A stretch of DNA of 64,000 nt from Amoebidium appalachense (GCA_963693365.1 CAVNZM010000004.1:7105093-7169092); one strand, 5' to 3'; positions 36,401-57,254 are shown, counted from the stretch's first letter. Notes: generated from the sequence alone by a model not told the origin. Numbers and translations: made by a program.

Positions 36401-36559
36401 TGCCCGAAGAAACCCCCCCAGTCTTCTTCTAGCAGTGGTGCCGTAAGTGTTGACGCGAATGTCGGGGGGGTGGCTAACGCTGGTGGGAAAAGCGGAAAAA
36501 AGGAAGGAAACAGAATGACGGCGACAATGCAGAGAGCACTGAGAAAGTTTTCGTGCTAG
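31846..36559 (+). CDS. Atypical Ras-family small GTPase with a long Ser/Arg-rich C-terminal extension
   Basis: Exons ~31846-32139 (G1 GCGPCGKT, G2 YTPTVE), ~32898-32968 (LEILDTSG; acceptor uncertain), 33479-33608 (GFILVYSI), 34196-34396 (G4 VGTKAD, G5 EVSAA) and 35282-36559 (~425 aa tail ending LRKFSC*). Start codon uncertain. Confidence 0.85.
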
Positions 36560-36759
36560 TAGTACTACTGCATGCACATGGAAGAAGATATGGTGCATTA
36601 ACGGAGTGTGGGTGGATGCTCGAAGTAAATTGTGTTGTGTTGCTGAAACGGGTACAAGGCTTGTATGTTATTTGGGTAAATCACGTGCAGTACGAATGGT
36701 CATATGTAGATAAACTAAATGTTGAAAGAACGAAAAAAGTAGGAGGGAATACCATTTGA

Positions 36760-36850
<91 letters not shown>

Positions 36851-37430
36851 ACGGTGTGCGTGTGTGTGCGTGTGTGTGCGTGTGTGTGTGTGTGTGTGTG
36901 ACATCGATGAGTAATACATGTACATTTATACGATCAGTAGGACTGCGGCGTTTTGTACAGACATCAGTGCATATATATATGATGTTTATAGTTTTGCTCC
37001 AGGCAAGTGTGTCTTATGAGATCCAATGATCAATAATTTAATTTTACTATTTTTTTCTCTTGGCACTCAGGCCCGGGTTTTACTAGTCGCAATACTCGAC
37101 CTGCCCCGACGTGCTGCTGTATGTATTGTAGTGTGTCTAATATTAGTACCGTACAACAGTTGTATATATACATGAAGCATTGTAGATATTCCTGGAATCG
37201 TAGGTTACCGTATTGCTTGGAGTTTGTTTGGCACGAAATATCACCCCCATGATCGGATGAAGTGGGGTGTCGTTGTCATCACGGTATCATGCAAAGTGAA
37301 CTAATGGCAAACAAGTGTGACCACAGTTGCGAAATGTTAATGCCATGTGTACACGCATGACTCACAAGCACTGCAGGGCACGTGTCACACGCACACGCAC
37401 ACACACAAACACAAGCACATGTAAGCACAT

Positions 37431-37467
<37 letters not shown>

Positions 37468-37623
37468 TACACCGTGACACCACGACAACGGCGGCAACTA
37501 TTATTATGATGTCGGAAACTCGTTTAGGTGGTGTTGGTTATAATGGGTCTCGGGGGGGGGAGAGGGGGGGGGGGAGGGGGAGGGGAGGAACGGGAAGAAG
37601 ATCTTCTTAGTGGTGGTGGTGGT

Positions 37624-37656
<33 letters not shown>

Positions 37657-38158
37657 GAGACCGCGGAGGAGGAGGAAGAAAGGGGGAGTCTCGAAGGGGA
37701 GATATAGGCCTCCTGTATACTACAAGTTACCGTAGTCTTAAAATTGGATCGTACACATACGTACGGGGTCCGACAAGCCTTACAGAAAGTCAAATCTGCT
37801 ATTTGTCAAGGCTTTCCGACGAACTTCAAATAGAAGTGGTCGTTCGGAGGATGGGGAACAAAGGGGGGAGGGGGGAGGGGGAGGGGGTTGGGGGGAGCTA
37901 AGTTTCTGGGGAAGGAGGGGCCCGGAAGCCTCAAGGGGGGGGGGAGAGGGGGGGGGGGGGGGGGGGAGGAAGGGGGGGTTTAAGATCTTGTACAAAACCG
38001 CTGCTAAGACTCGTTTTTATCAGATTTCGCATATTGATATATGGCTGAATGTAGGAGGAAATTCTGGGGACGACGGAGACTCTGCGCCGTCAAAATCGTC
38101 TTTTTATCACATTCATCTATGCAATGCTTAAAGGTAGGGTCAGTATGTGTGTGTGTGT

Positions 38159-38200
<42 letters not shown>

Positions 38201-38491
38201 TTTGGAGGGGGGGCACGTTTCTAGGGAACGGAGGGATGGGGGCTGGATAAATGGGTTTTCCTGGGACCGGAACGGCAAAGCCGGAACAGCCCCGGCGGGG
38301 GGGGGGGGCGGGGGGAGGGGAGGGGGGGGGGGGGGGGGGTAGCTGCTGGCTGTAGTAATGATTATATATTAGTCGCGACGTTTATTATGTATCGAACACA
38401 GGGGTCACTCACTGAGAAGTTTTAAGATAACAGGCAAGCCGGGGGTAGGGGTTAACATTTTAAGGTTCCTCGCCTCGTAAGGTTCGTTATC

Positions 38492-38525
<34 letters not shown>

Positions 38526-39049
38526 TTCCCCTCCCCCTCCCCCCAAAAAAAAACTTACACACACACTGAGTTTCGACAGAACCAACATTAGACCTCTGGT
38601 GGTCAGTAGTCAGTGGTGGTCAGTCACGTTCAACCGTATTACTAAGGCCCCAGATCCCCTCCCCACCTCCCAAGGCGGTGGGGCCCCTGTCCAGAAGGGG
38701 ACTTTTTCTATGGTCATGTGCAAACATACCGTATGATATGCCGTTTTCCTAATCTGGAGAACGTGGCCGATTGAGCCCAAGTTGCACACCCTGAGTGTGC
38801 TCTTGTTTTGTTTTGTTTGTTTGGTAACGAGTGACCTTAAGGCATGTGTTCTTATTTGCTTTTCAATCAACGATGTTTTGTTTGGTTTTTCAATAAAAGC
38901 TTTAAATTGATTGATTGCCGCTGGGCCATATTTTGGGGTTGGGTTTTGGTTTTACACTAGTGCACGCGACACACAAATGTACAAACACACACACACACAC
39001 ACACACATGCACACACACACACACGCACACGTGCACGCGCACACGCACG

Positions 39050-39157
<108 letters not shown>

Positions 39158-39816
39158 AACGTGCATACGTAGATATGTGCACATGCACGCACAAACACAC
39201 AGGTTGAATCATAACACACGCACAAACACACCCAGACCGTACACACAAACAAACACACCACGCTTGACATAAACTGTGCCATAGGCCCCTCCCCCCCCTC
39301 CCCCCCCCCCCCCCCCCCCTCCACACCTTCCCCCACACCTCCTCCACACACGCGCACAACTTCCGACCCAAATAAAAAAAGATTCCCCTGCAACAAGGGG
39401 AGGGAGGGGGACGCGGGGGGAGTGGAGGGAGGGATGGGAGTGGGGTGACAAGTCAACATGACATCCATATAAAACAGGTCATCTTATCCTCTTGATCCAC
39501 AACTACCAATTTATAAAATCAAGATCATTTGAAAGCAAGACTGCCAATTCAGTCTTTACTGTATCTTACTGTTTACACATGCCATCTTCCAAAAATTTAA
39601 GGGGTGCACCTGGGGGGGAGGAAGGGGGGGGGGGGGGGGGGTAGACCACCCACCCATTGTTCTGGCTGCCATAACCATATTCGAATATCATGAGATACGA
39701 TTATTTAGCAGTGCACACACTCGATTCCAATCTCTGAAAGACGTGAAAACTAAACCACAAGAAAACTCAACTTCTTGGCGTGAAGCCTGACATTAGGGCA
39801 TCCCCCCCCCCAGCCC

Positions 39817-39856
<40 letters not shown>

Positions 39857-40452
39857 CCGGCCATCACCCCATCCTATTCCCCGACTTGGTCTAGAATAAT
39901 CCATAACGACCTGTGTCTAAAGTTTCCCACGGTGACCGGAAGTGTACACACGAGCACTCACTTTATGCCGTCCACCCCCTGCAACGTGAATGCCGTGAAA
40001 TTTAAACAAACAAATTACCCCCCCCCCCCCGCCCCCGCCCCCCCCTCCCCCCCCCCTCCCCCCCCCCAACCAGGGGGGGGGGGGGGGGAGGGGGGGGAGG
40101 GGGGGGAGGGGAGGCATCAGGGTACAAAATTCCTAGGCCTCCTATCCCCCAGTGACATATTGAGACCCCGGCCGGCCGTGACCCCCTCGGGCAAAGAAAG
40201 GCATGGACTGCTTGGATCTGAGGAGGATGGGTTGGAATTTGGAGGGCCGCAGGCAGCCTGAGGGCCAACGGAGATGATGTCGCGAAGATGTTGCCAAGGC
40301 TTACTGCTACTTTGTTGGGATAGCCTACACTTGTTCTTTGCTTGCTGATTCATAGTGAAGTCTTGAAATAATGACATTTGAGTCAAGCTTGCCGGATGTC
40401 AGAATCATGGTCAGCCTAAGGCCTCCTATAGGTAAACAGTCACTGAGCCTCA

Positions 40453-40699
40453 CCAAAATCTTGAGAACCTCGAGCTCGGGAGAGGGGAGTCAAGCCGGCT
40501 GCAGCTGGTGCTCGGGAGTCAGCCGGCCAAAATCTTGGAAACCTCGGGAGTCAAGGAGGCGGCAACTTGAAGCCGCGCCATGGTGCACAGTCCTTAAAAC
40601 CTCGGGAGTCAAGGAGGCGCCAAAAGCCGCACCACGGCCCACGGTGCAGTCTCTAAAACCTCGGGAGTCTATCAAACCTCGGGAGTTGCCGTGACGTCA
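40453..40699. repeat. Degenerate ~60 bp tandem repeat carrying six CTCGGGAG motifs followed by TGACGTCA, upstream of the DUF676 gene
   Basis: CTCGGGAG at about 40475, 40511, 40543, 40601, 40660 and 40678; AAACCTCGGGAGTCAAGGAGGCG occurs twice; palindrome TGACGTCA at 40692-40699. Confidence 0.6.
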
Positions 40700-40932
40700 T
40701 GCCGGCGCCAGCTGTCAAAAAGTTTTCAAAAAACGTTGCTTCCGCACGAATGTGTGTGACACAAGAAGGCTTGGTGTGACACTGCAGGCTGTAACCTTTC
40801 ATTGACCAAACATCAACAAATAGCCCTGTCACGAACATAGAGTAGGTGCAAGAAGTGCCCGTCTTCGGTTCGAATTCAGCTTTCCTTTTTTTCCGTGTTC
40901 CCTTAGGACTCAAGATAAGACTTAGGAAAACG

Positions 40933-48126
<7,194 letters not shown>

Positions 48127-48221
48127 GCGTGGGTGATGTTTAAATTTTTAGTTTCTTTTGTAAATCTTTAGTTTCTTTTTGCTTTCACGGTTATTGATGT
48201 TGTAATGTTTTAAATACCCAA

Positions 48222-48256
<35 letters not shown>

Positions 48257-48329
48257 CGTCCCCCCAAACACACACACACACACAGACCACCACCACCACC
48301 ACCATCACTGGGTGCGTGCACGCGACACA

Positions 48330-48430
<101 letters not shown>

Positions 48431-49800
48431 GCGCGCGCAGCGCGCACACACACTCACACACTTACACTCACACTCACACCACTTTCTCCCTTTTTCCCTT
48501 TCTTTTTTTTTTTATACCATCCCTTGTCGTTTTGTTTTTTTCTGAGCATGAGTGTAGAATGTACGGTCCATCACAAGGCTTCCTTCCCACATCACTCAAA
48601 ATGGCTGCCCGATGATTTAGGAAAACTGTTTGTATTTAGGTGGAACGTGCTCTTGATACCGTATTTCGTTGCGTGTCTATAGATCAGGCTATAGATGCTT
48701 TGCACGGTGTGATCTATTGAGACCCCTGATCTATTTAGTACGAGGTGACCACGCTATCGGCTGGTAGCGAAACTGGGAGCTCCTGCTCATTTTCCCCGTT
48801 TTTTTGTGCAAATGGGGTTTAAAGTATATTAAGTTTCAATGATAATATATGTTTCTGTGTTGTTTTTATAGCTTTCATTCAAGCAGAAGCACCCACAACC
48901 GCTAAAATCAAGCACATACGCTTTTTTATTGCACAGGCGTTGGAATGTGTAATTTTGGCTGACTGCCTCAGCCAACGGCTGAGCCAAATCCCGGGATAGG
49001 GCACAAGCCGCCGGACGCGAAAATTGCCGGCCACTTCTGAAAATATAGACCCCTCGAAGGAAAACGCTTACCTAACCTAGAAAACTTAGTTATATACCGG
49101 TAACTTTGACTTCTTACCCAAAAAAAATACATAACCTAATTAGGTAAGCGAAAAGCACCTCCGTAGGTGGCCTGCAGCGCGAGATTTTGATTTTTGAATT
49201 TTTTTTCTTTTTTTTTTTCCCCCCGTTTTCAAGTACACCTTAATCCGTTTTCTGAGACTGTATTACATTTTTGTCCAGGATGATTCATACACTTTTGGAA
49301 CAGTAGTAGAAATCAAGCACGGCGAAATTCGGTAGGTCTTTCACTGTGGCATGTGTATGGGCCCGGGTGAACCGAGTGTGTATGTTTGGAGGAATTTGAA
49401 TACAGGTTGAGAGCAAACCACATTTTCGGGGGCACGTTCGTTTGCAGTGTGGTGCAAATTTGCGTCCCCGGCTTTTTGCATGAGGATATCATAGGTCCAC
49501 CAATTGTTATTCAACCAGTACAACATAGCTCTAATACAGCAAAAACTATTTAAAAAAATTAAAAAAAGGTTGGTGGCTCTATTAATTTAGGGACATCCAG
49601 GCAAGTGGCACCAATATATTAGCAGAAACGATTTTCATACCGTGGAGAGGCTGGAGTACGAGGGCTGACCTCAGTGGCCTACGAGTGACCCGAGGGCCAG
49701 GGCCCCCGCCGGCCCGCCCCCGGCCCCATGGCACAAGTAAGGGTATCTAATGTAAGACTATCGGTACACTCTATATTGGCGGGTTTTCATTCCCCATTCT

Positions 49801-50573
49801 GACACATATGTCGTACCCCCCCATTTCCGGGGGTTTTTTTTATCTCGTGAATAATGCAATCGCTTGCATCCAACCCGATCGCATTTCGATCGAAGCGCCC
49901 CGACCCTTGCACCAGCCCCATATTCTCCCAACCCGGCATCCGACCTACATTTTGCCAGACCCAAGTCTTCTTTTTTAACATCTTTTGCTGTATCATGTGG
50001 CTATTTTATCGGCTACATGTAAGCAATATTCTTGATGGAGCATAGGCAAAAGTGTTATTTACAGCCGGAGGATAACGAATCCCTGTATGCGTGTCGCAAC
50101 TCCGGCTTCTGCAAGAAGCCATATGCAAGTGCACGTGTGTCGTCTAATCACGCTACAGCCAATGAAAATCGCGTAAAGAGTCAGCCCCCGCTTCTGGGAT
50201 TGATATATCGGAAGATTATGACTACGACGAGGCAGGCGTATGCACCTGGGCGTGTCTTCAAGAAAGCAGCCTTGTCATCTGAGTAACGCAAAAATAAAGC
50301 CTTGCACATGTATTGCTTTTGCAGTATACATGCACATGCAGATTTAGCTTTACGGTACAAACTGCTCTCTCTGTAATCGGGTCGGGTCTGGCAAAATCAT
50401 TACGGTACCCTTGCGCAGCCGCACCGCAGCCAAATCGGATGCCGGGTCGCGCGAATATGGGGCTGGTGCAAGGGTCGGGGGCTTCGATCGAAATGCGATC
50501 GGGTTGGATGCGAGCGATTGCATTATTCACAAGATAAAAGAAACCCCCGGAAATGGAGGGTACGACATGTGTC
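49801..50573. mobile_element. Foldback/MITE-like element with ~140 bp imperfect terminal inverted repeats
   Basis: 49801-49943 (GACACATATGTCGTACC..TGCAATCGCTTGCATCCAACCCGATCGCATTTCGATCGAAGC..CCCGGCATCCGA) is the reverse complement of 50435-50573 with few mismatches. No clear target-site duplication seen. Confidence 0.7.
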
Positions 50574-51892
50574 CGGGGCTCCGGGGACCGGGCTGCCCCG
50601 CTTGATCACGAACTCATGCCTTGGCTAAGGAATTCACGTGAATAGTGTCAAGCGCGAGTTCGATTGGTTGAGAGCTCCGATTGGATGAACGATTTAGTTG
50701 TTTTTTTTTCACGTGAATTCTTCCTTGCAACGTCACACCAAGTTGTCGCAGTGGAGCCAGTGATGCCAGTGAAATCATAGCGAAGTTAGTTATTATTAAT
50801 ATTAGTTGTTGATTATTCACATAGGCCGTGCTACAGCAGGCACTGAAGTAATATAAGTCCACTGAAACAAAAAAAATTACCTTCTTCAACTCCACCCACT
50901 CTACCGGGAGAGCGGCTGAGCCTGAGACGGCTAGAGATCTGGATCGACCAGTCAAAATACGAATGGCCGTCGACCGTTTTTATTGGCTCTTTACGTTGTG
51001 TTGTGAACGTTACCAACTTCAATGCACAGTGTACGTGATCTCGGTCTTTGCACAGTATATATATGTACTGCACTATGAATATGTTCGTAACTTTTGCCAT
51101 CTGTAGCTTATTTTGACATGGAATTTCTTTCCAAATAATCCTTTTTGCTAGAGAACGCGTTAAGATATAAAAAGAAGGCCGCATCTAGCAGTGCTAGCTA
51201 CTGGCGTAACTAGGCCCAGGACTTGTAAAAAAGGCTATCCACATGTCACTTCGTCCAATCCCGAGGCACTGCGCAGGACAGTGTACACTACAGTGCATGT
51301 TACTTGGCACGTACACTCGCTCCTGGTAACTTAATAAAAGGGTTTCGATAGCTTTCCAGATCTAGAAATAGTCACCCAGCACGTCTCTCTCGTAAACAGA
51401 CCACATTTATACTGGCCAAAAGTAAATGCCCGTTGGCGACACGTGCACCTTATCGGACCGTTGAAGGCGCCACCGACCAGTGCCACCGTACGCCTTCCCA
51501 CACCGTACTCGCTGGTACGCTGTATACACACAGTGTACAAGAATAATGTGTGATATGTGACTAATAGAAACTCTGGATCTACACCGGATAGTTGTTGCCG
51601 CACTAGTCATGTAACTTGCAACAACACGGTGGGGCACGTACGTGTGCACACGTGGCTTCAAAGCATGCATTTTAAAGTGGTTGTGTAGGGTCCTATACCT
51701 ACGCAATAGCATAGTATACATACAGTTGGCAGCAGCCGCTCAAGAGCCCAGCTAGTGGCATAATTGCTTGAATCTCAAATATGACGTTGTTCCAATGACA
51801 CAATAACCACTCATTGATCAAGGGATATGTATACCCAATCGTTGTCGCCCAAGCATCTGCCCTTATCGCCGTGTCCTGTTGTGCGGGCAAGA

Positions 51893-51900
51893 TATAAAAA
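51893..51900 (+). promoter_or_regulatory. Possible TATA box of the transferrin-like gene
   Basis: TATAAAAA about 75 bp upstream of the ATG at 51972; supported by position only. Confidence 0.35.
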
Positions 51901-51971
51901 GGCCACATGACTAATGGGCACATCAGTCCACCTTCTTTAGCAGCTCGGCGTTGCGTTGACGGGAAGTAGAA

Positions 51972-54581
51972 ATGGCAAGGTTCGCTGCTCTCTTCCTCGC
52001 CGTTCTGGGCGGGGCGTCATCTGCTCACGCTGCCGCCCGAGGGGGTGCCTCTGACGCTGGTAAGTCTGGTCTTTTTCGATTGCAGTTGTGTTACATGTGA
52101 CGCAACTGACGTTTAGCCTACAGTAGTGCGTACGGTGTAAACTTTGCCACGAAGCTGGCTTCATTGTGCATGGCTTGGAATGCCTGAATCTGGACTGTGC
52201 GGCGCGCATGTATGAGCAGCAAACAATTAGTTAGCTTTGCCCACTGGCCATGGGCGTGTTCAATCTGAGTCGCCAGTGCACGCACTCATCCGCCGTTCCA
52301 TGAAAGGCTAGCAATGAATCCACGTATGTATGTCTCCTCCTCCCGATGAAGTTTTGCTAACATGCCCCTGGGCCACCCTACAGATGCTCTCCGCTTTGCA
52401 TTCAGCGGGTCCACGGATGCCGCAGCTTTTGCCAAGTCCCTGAAAGAAAGCACCGGGCTAGTGTGGAGCATCGTCAGTGCCAAAACCGACACCGAGGCAG
52501 TCAAGATGGTTTTGGATGGAAACGCAGAAATTGCTTTCCCTGACTCTTCAGCCATGCTTGGGTACGTTTCCTTTCCACGGTTTTATCTCCTTAATTTTTG
52601 ATCTGATGCACATGTATATAAATTTATGACTCTCGCGTACGGGACATGTTGCCACCGTATGGCACCCAAAAGAAGTTCAATAAACTCTGTTGTTCCGTAA
52701 GGCCGCGTACCTCCATACACACAAAACCACAAATATTATCATCAAATATGTAACTTAAGCTTACTGCTGATAATATGCCTACGTTACACACAGGCTATTA
52801 GTGGCTGTTACTATGCACTCCTCCCCCTTAGGAATTGATGTCATATGATGCTCACACCGAGCCTTCAATAACATGTTCCTTGCGATGCAGCGTGGAGAAA
52901 TCTCTTCAAGGGCTTGTGGCCGAGGTTACTGACGTCAACGGGCGCACTTATTACGTTGCCTCTGCCTATGTCAAAAAGGGATCAGGCATCAACACCTTTG
53001 CCGACTTGAAGGGTATGAGATATTTTGGCGACTCTTTTGCAGCACTATTTCCAAGGAATAGCTGCGCACTTTGTAGCATTGGCTGACAGGGGGAGCCATA
53101 TATATAACCATCACATGCCATTATGGCCCCATTTCTCCCTTTTCAAGAACTTTGCGGTATGAGAAAGAAAGAAATGTGCACTTGCTTGGATGCTATTTTG
53201 TGTGATCATGAAAAAAGGGATTAATTCTATTGTATCATGAGACACATGGCAACGGAAGAATGGGATGATCGACCTGCACGTCAAGTAATCAATTATTCTA
53301 CTCGAGCCAGCTAACCGCATATACCATCCACCCACCAGGCAAGCGCTCCTGCCACACAGGTCTTCAGAAGTCGGCCGGCACGTACATGCCCATCGGCTAC
53401 GGTGTGCGCAACGGCTTCATCGAGAACCACCAGGAGTCTCTGGCCGGCACCATCCGCAACTACTTCACCGCTGGTAGCTGTGCTGCCCCTGCCCTGTGCG
53501 GTATCTGCAAGGTATGTTTATTATGCACCTGACGACCGCATCTCCCCACCCGTGCGCCGATCATTGGAAAGTGCTTTGACCGAAAACACATGCACATGCG
53601 CACCGTTACCGTTGGCAGAACTGGTTTTTTAATTTGGTTTGAGGCCAAGCTCTAGCACGTCTCCTAAGTATCCCGCATGGTGTGTGTGTAATTGCACTTT
53701 TTCCGGATTTTTTCTATCGTGTGCATAGATCAAATACAGCGCATATTGGCTGCCTACCGTCACCTGCAATTTATCATGTAAGCACGGCTAATTAATGTGT
53801 TTTCTGGCGGCCCACAGACCCTGAAAACAGACGGCGAGTGCACAGCCGAGGACCCGTACTCGGACTACGATGGCGCCCTTCAGTGTCTGTCGGAGGGTGC
53901 CGGCGACGTTGCATTTGTGCGCGACACAACCCCAATGACGGAATGCGGTGGCACCGACAAGAAGCCCTGGTGTCTGGCATTGGACCAATACATCAAAGTT
54001 ACCGAATTTGGTAATGTACCTGCGCATGCGATTGTGTCAAAACCCGGCGCGATTACGGATGGGGCTGCGTCCGCCATCAAGAAGGGGCTGACTGGGCTGA
54101 ACGCCAGTAGCAACGCGGTGTCGCTAGCCTTTTTTGGCAAGAACGTCCAGACATTTAAGGAGATTCCGACGGCCGAGGTGCACATGAGGGACTACAGCAC
54201 AAATTTAGGCTGTGTGCCGGAGATTGAGAAATTCATGGGTCTTAGCACCCCCCTGCCCTGTGCCGCCGACAAGAACCCCTCCACCGCGCCAGGCCAGACC
54301 GCCGGCGCACGTACGGGCACTGCTGAGAGTAAGCAGCACATGATTTCCAACCAACCATGTTTGGTGTTCTTAACTTCCTTGTGGCGGTGGTGGTGGCCGG
54401 GATGGGGGGAGGGGGGGGGGGGGGGGGGGGGGGGGGTAATTTCCTTGGGACCCAAAAAGTTATTCGAAAACTACGACGAGCTATTTGAATTGCATCAGAA
54501 ATCACGCAGCATCTTCTGCAATGTGTTTTTATGTCGCAAAACTTCTTACTCAGTTATCGAACACATCGTGCGTCCTTTCTT

Positions 54582-54617
<36 letters not shown>

Positions 54618-54921
54618 ACACACACGTACACACACACACACACGCGTACACACGTACACACACACACTTTAGGCCCCGTCCGCTGGGCGTATCCAGGGCA
54701 GGGCCAGGCAGCCGAGGTCAAGGAGCTACTTCAGGCCAAGACCGGGCTCATCTTCCAGGTGGTGGCAGCAAAGAACGACCAGGATGCAGTGGCTAAGGTC
54801 GTGGCCGGGGAGGCTGATCTTGCTGCACCAGACACTGTTGCTGCCGTGCAAAAGTGGGTTTTTTTTGCTCTTCCTAGGCTCAGATTTCTCTTCTCGTCTA
54901 ATTTTTATTATTATTGTTGTA

Positions 54922-54952
<31 letters not shown>

Positions 54953-54986
54953 TGGTCGCTGTCTAATTTTTATTATTATTGTTGTA

Positions 54987-55017
<31 letters not shown>

Positions 55018-55858
55018 TGGTCGCTGTTGTGCAAAGTGGTTTTTTTATGTTGGTATTCCCATCGAGTTTTGGGACAATAGCAGGTTTTGAATGCTTCAAT
55101 TTCAACCATTAGTCCATAGCCGCGCATTTTTGCACTTTAAATGAAACCTTTAGATATCGCATTTTGCACCTTTGACCAGTCAATAGTCGCGCATTTTGCA
55201 CTTTCAACCGATCAATAGTCGCGCATTTTGCACGTTCAACCGATCAATAGTCGTGCACTTTGCACTTTCAACCAATCAATAGTCGTGCACTTTGCACTTT
55301 CAACCAATCAATAGGCGCAGTTTGCACTTTCAACCAATCAATGGGCGCATTTTGCACTCTCAACCAATCAAATAGGCACATTTTACACTTTCAACCAATC
55401 AAATAGGCACATTTTGCACTTTCAACCAATCAAGTAGGCGCATTTTGCACTTTCAACCAATCAATAGGCGCATTCTGCACTTTCAATCAATAGGCACAAT
55501 TTGCACTTTCAACCAATCAAAGAGGCACATTTTGCACTTTCAACCAATCAAAGAGGCACATTTTGCACTTTCAACCAATCAAATAGGCACATTTTGCACT
55601 TTCAGCCAATCAATAGGCGCATTTTGCACACTTGACCATTCAGTAGTCGTGCACTGTCAACCAAAATTCTGTGGTTGAGAATATGCACTTTAAACGTTCA
55701 ATAATTGCGGATTTTGCTCTTTCAACCAATCACTGGTAGTGCATATTATTCACGTTTCGCACTTTCAGCCTTTTGGTAGAGCAAAGGCAAGTTACCTCTA
55801 CAATCTTCCCCCTTTTTTATTCTCATGTGGTCGGGCACACAAAAGGCCATTACTTACG

Positions 55859-55942
<84 letters not shown>

Positions 55943-56291
55943 ATGCTTCAGCTCGAGTTCGTGCTTGCAGAAACCCTCGGCAGTGGCCGTTCATACTACA
56001 ACGCTGTTTCATACGTGAGGAAAGACAGCGGCATCACCTCCGTCGACCAATTAAAAGGCAAGAAATCTTGCCATACAGGGTTCGCAAAGAGCGCTGGCAT
56101 GTATGTCCCTATTGGCCACATGATCCGCACGGGCAAGGTGGAGGTTAAGGGCAACCTTAAGGAGACCGTACGCAGCCATTTCTCGGCCGGCCAGTGCGCC
56201 ATTCCAGAACTGTGCTCGGCCTGCCAGGTAACTACAATGGAAATTTTCCACTAAGACCCCTGAGGCTTGTAGAACCCCCCCTCCCCCTTCC

Positions 56292-56331
<40 letters not shown>

Positions 56332-57220
56332 CCCCCCCCCCCTCCCCCCCTTTCTCTCCCCACTCCCCTCTCTGCAGCGCGCCATCTGATTCATACGACA
56401 ATGCGTGTGTGTAAGTGCAGTGCTAGATCCTTTGTCAGTACTATTTGCTGGAATTGGGTGCGTGTGTGTAAGTGCAGTGCTAGATCCTTTGTCAGTACTA
56501 TTTGCTGGAATTGGGTTAGAAAATTGAAGATGTGCCATGTCCTCAGAAATTTGGCCTCAATAAGTTTATGGATTTGATAACCAACCCCTTCCCATTCTCT
56601 CCCTCCCCCTCCCCCTCTACTCCACCCACCCAAATTTCAGGCCAACAAGACCGATGGCACATGCACCACTGCGGACCAGTACAGCAACTATGGGGGTGCC
56701 CTGAGGTGCCTGAGTGAGGGCGCTGGTGACGTGGCCTTTGCAAAGGACAGCACCTGGGACGACATCTGCAACGTTGCCACAAAGTAGAGACCCCCCCCCC
56801 CCCCCCTCCTCTTCCCACTCCCTACTTCCCCCCCCCCCCCCCCACACACACACACACAGAGAGAGAGACAACACACCATGTCTCTCTCCCCACCCCCAAC
56901 CTCCCCCAACACAGTGCACTACAACATTCTGTTTCTCTCTATGTGTGTAACTGTATTCACACGACTCTACGTTAGGGCATTTTTTTTTTAAGGTTTGTGA
57001 GTTCAAGAATATATCCTCATTTCGAAGGGTCAAGATCGTCTCTGACGGGGTTTTGAATTTAGGCCATCGTGGTGCCTGGACAAGTCTGCATATGTTGCCC
57101 TCGACACTACTGGAAAGGTGCCCTCCCACCCGGTCGTGACCAAACCGGGTGCCATTGATGTTGCTGCCCTCGAGAAGATAAAGGTGGCTCTCTCTCTCTC
57201 CAAAGCTCTCTGCCTCTTCC

Positions 57221-57254
<34 letters not shown>

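Noticed and set aside
40117-40386. 89 aa minus-strand ORF upstream of the DUF676 gene
   Set aside because: Low-information Ser/Pro-rich translation with no recognisable domain or exon context.
49066-49150. 11 bp inverted repeat CGCTTACCTAA / TTAGGTAAGCG with ACCTAA motifs
   Set aside because: Possibly a transposon remnant, but too short and without defined termini.
55120-55770. CRISPR-like appearance of the ~30 bp repeat array
   Set aside because: Units are head-to-tail with no unique spacers, no cas genes are nearby, and the context is a spliceosomal intron.
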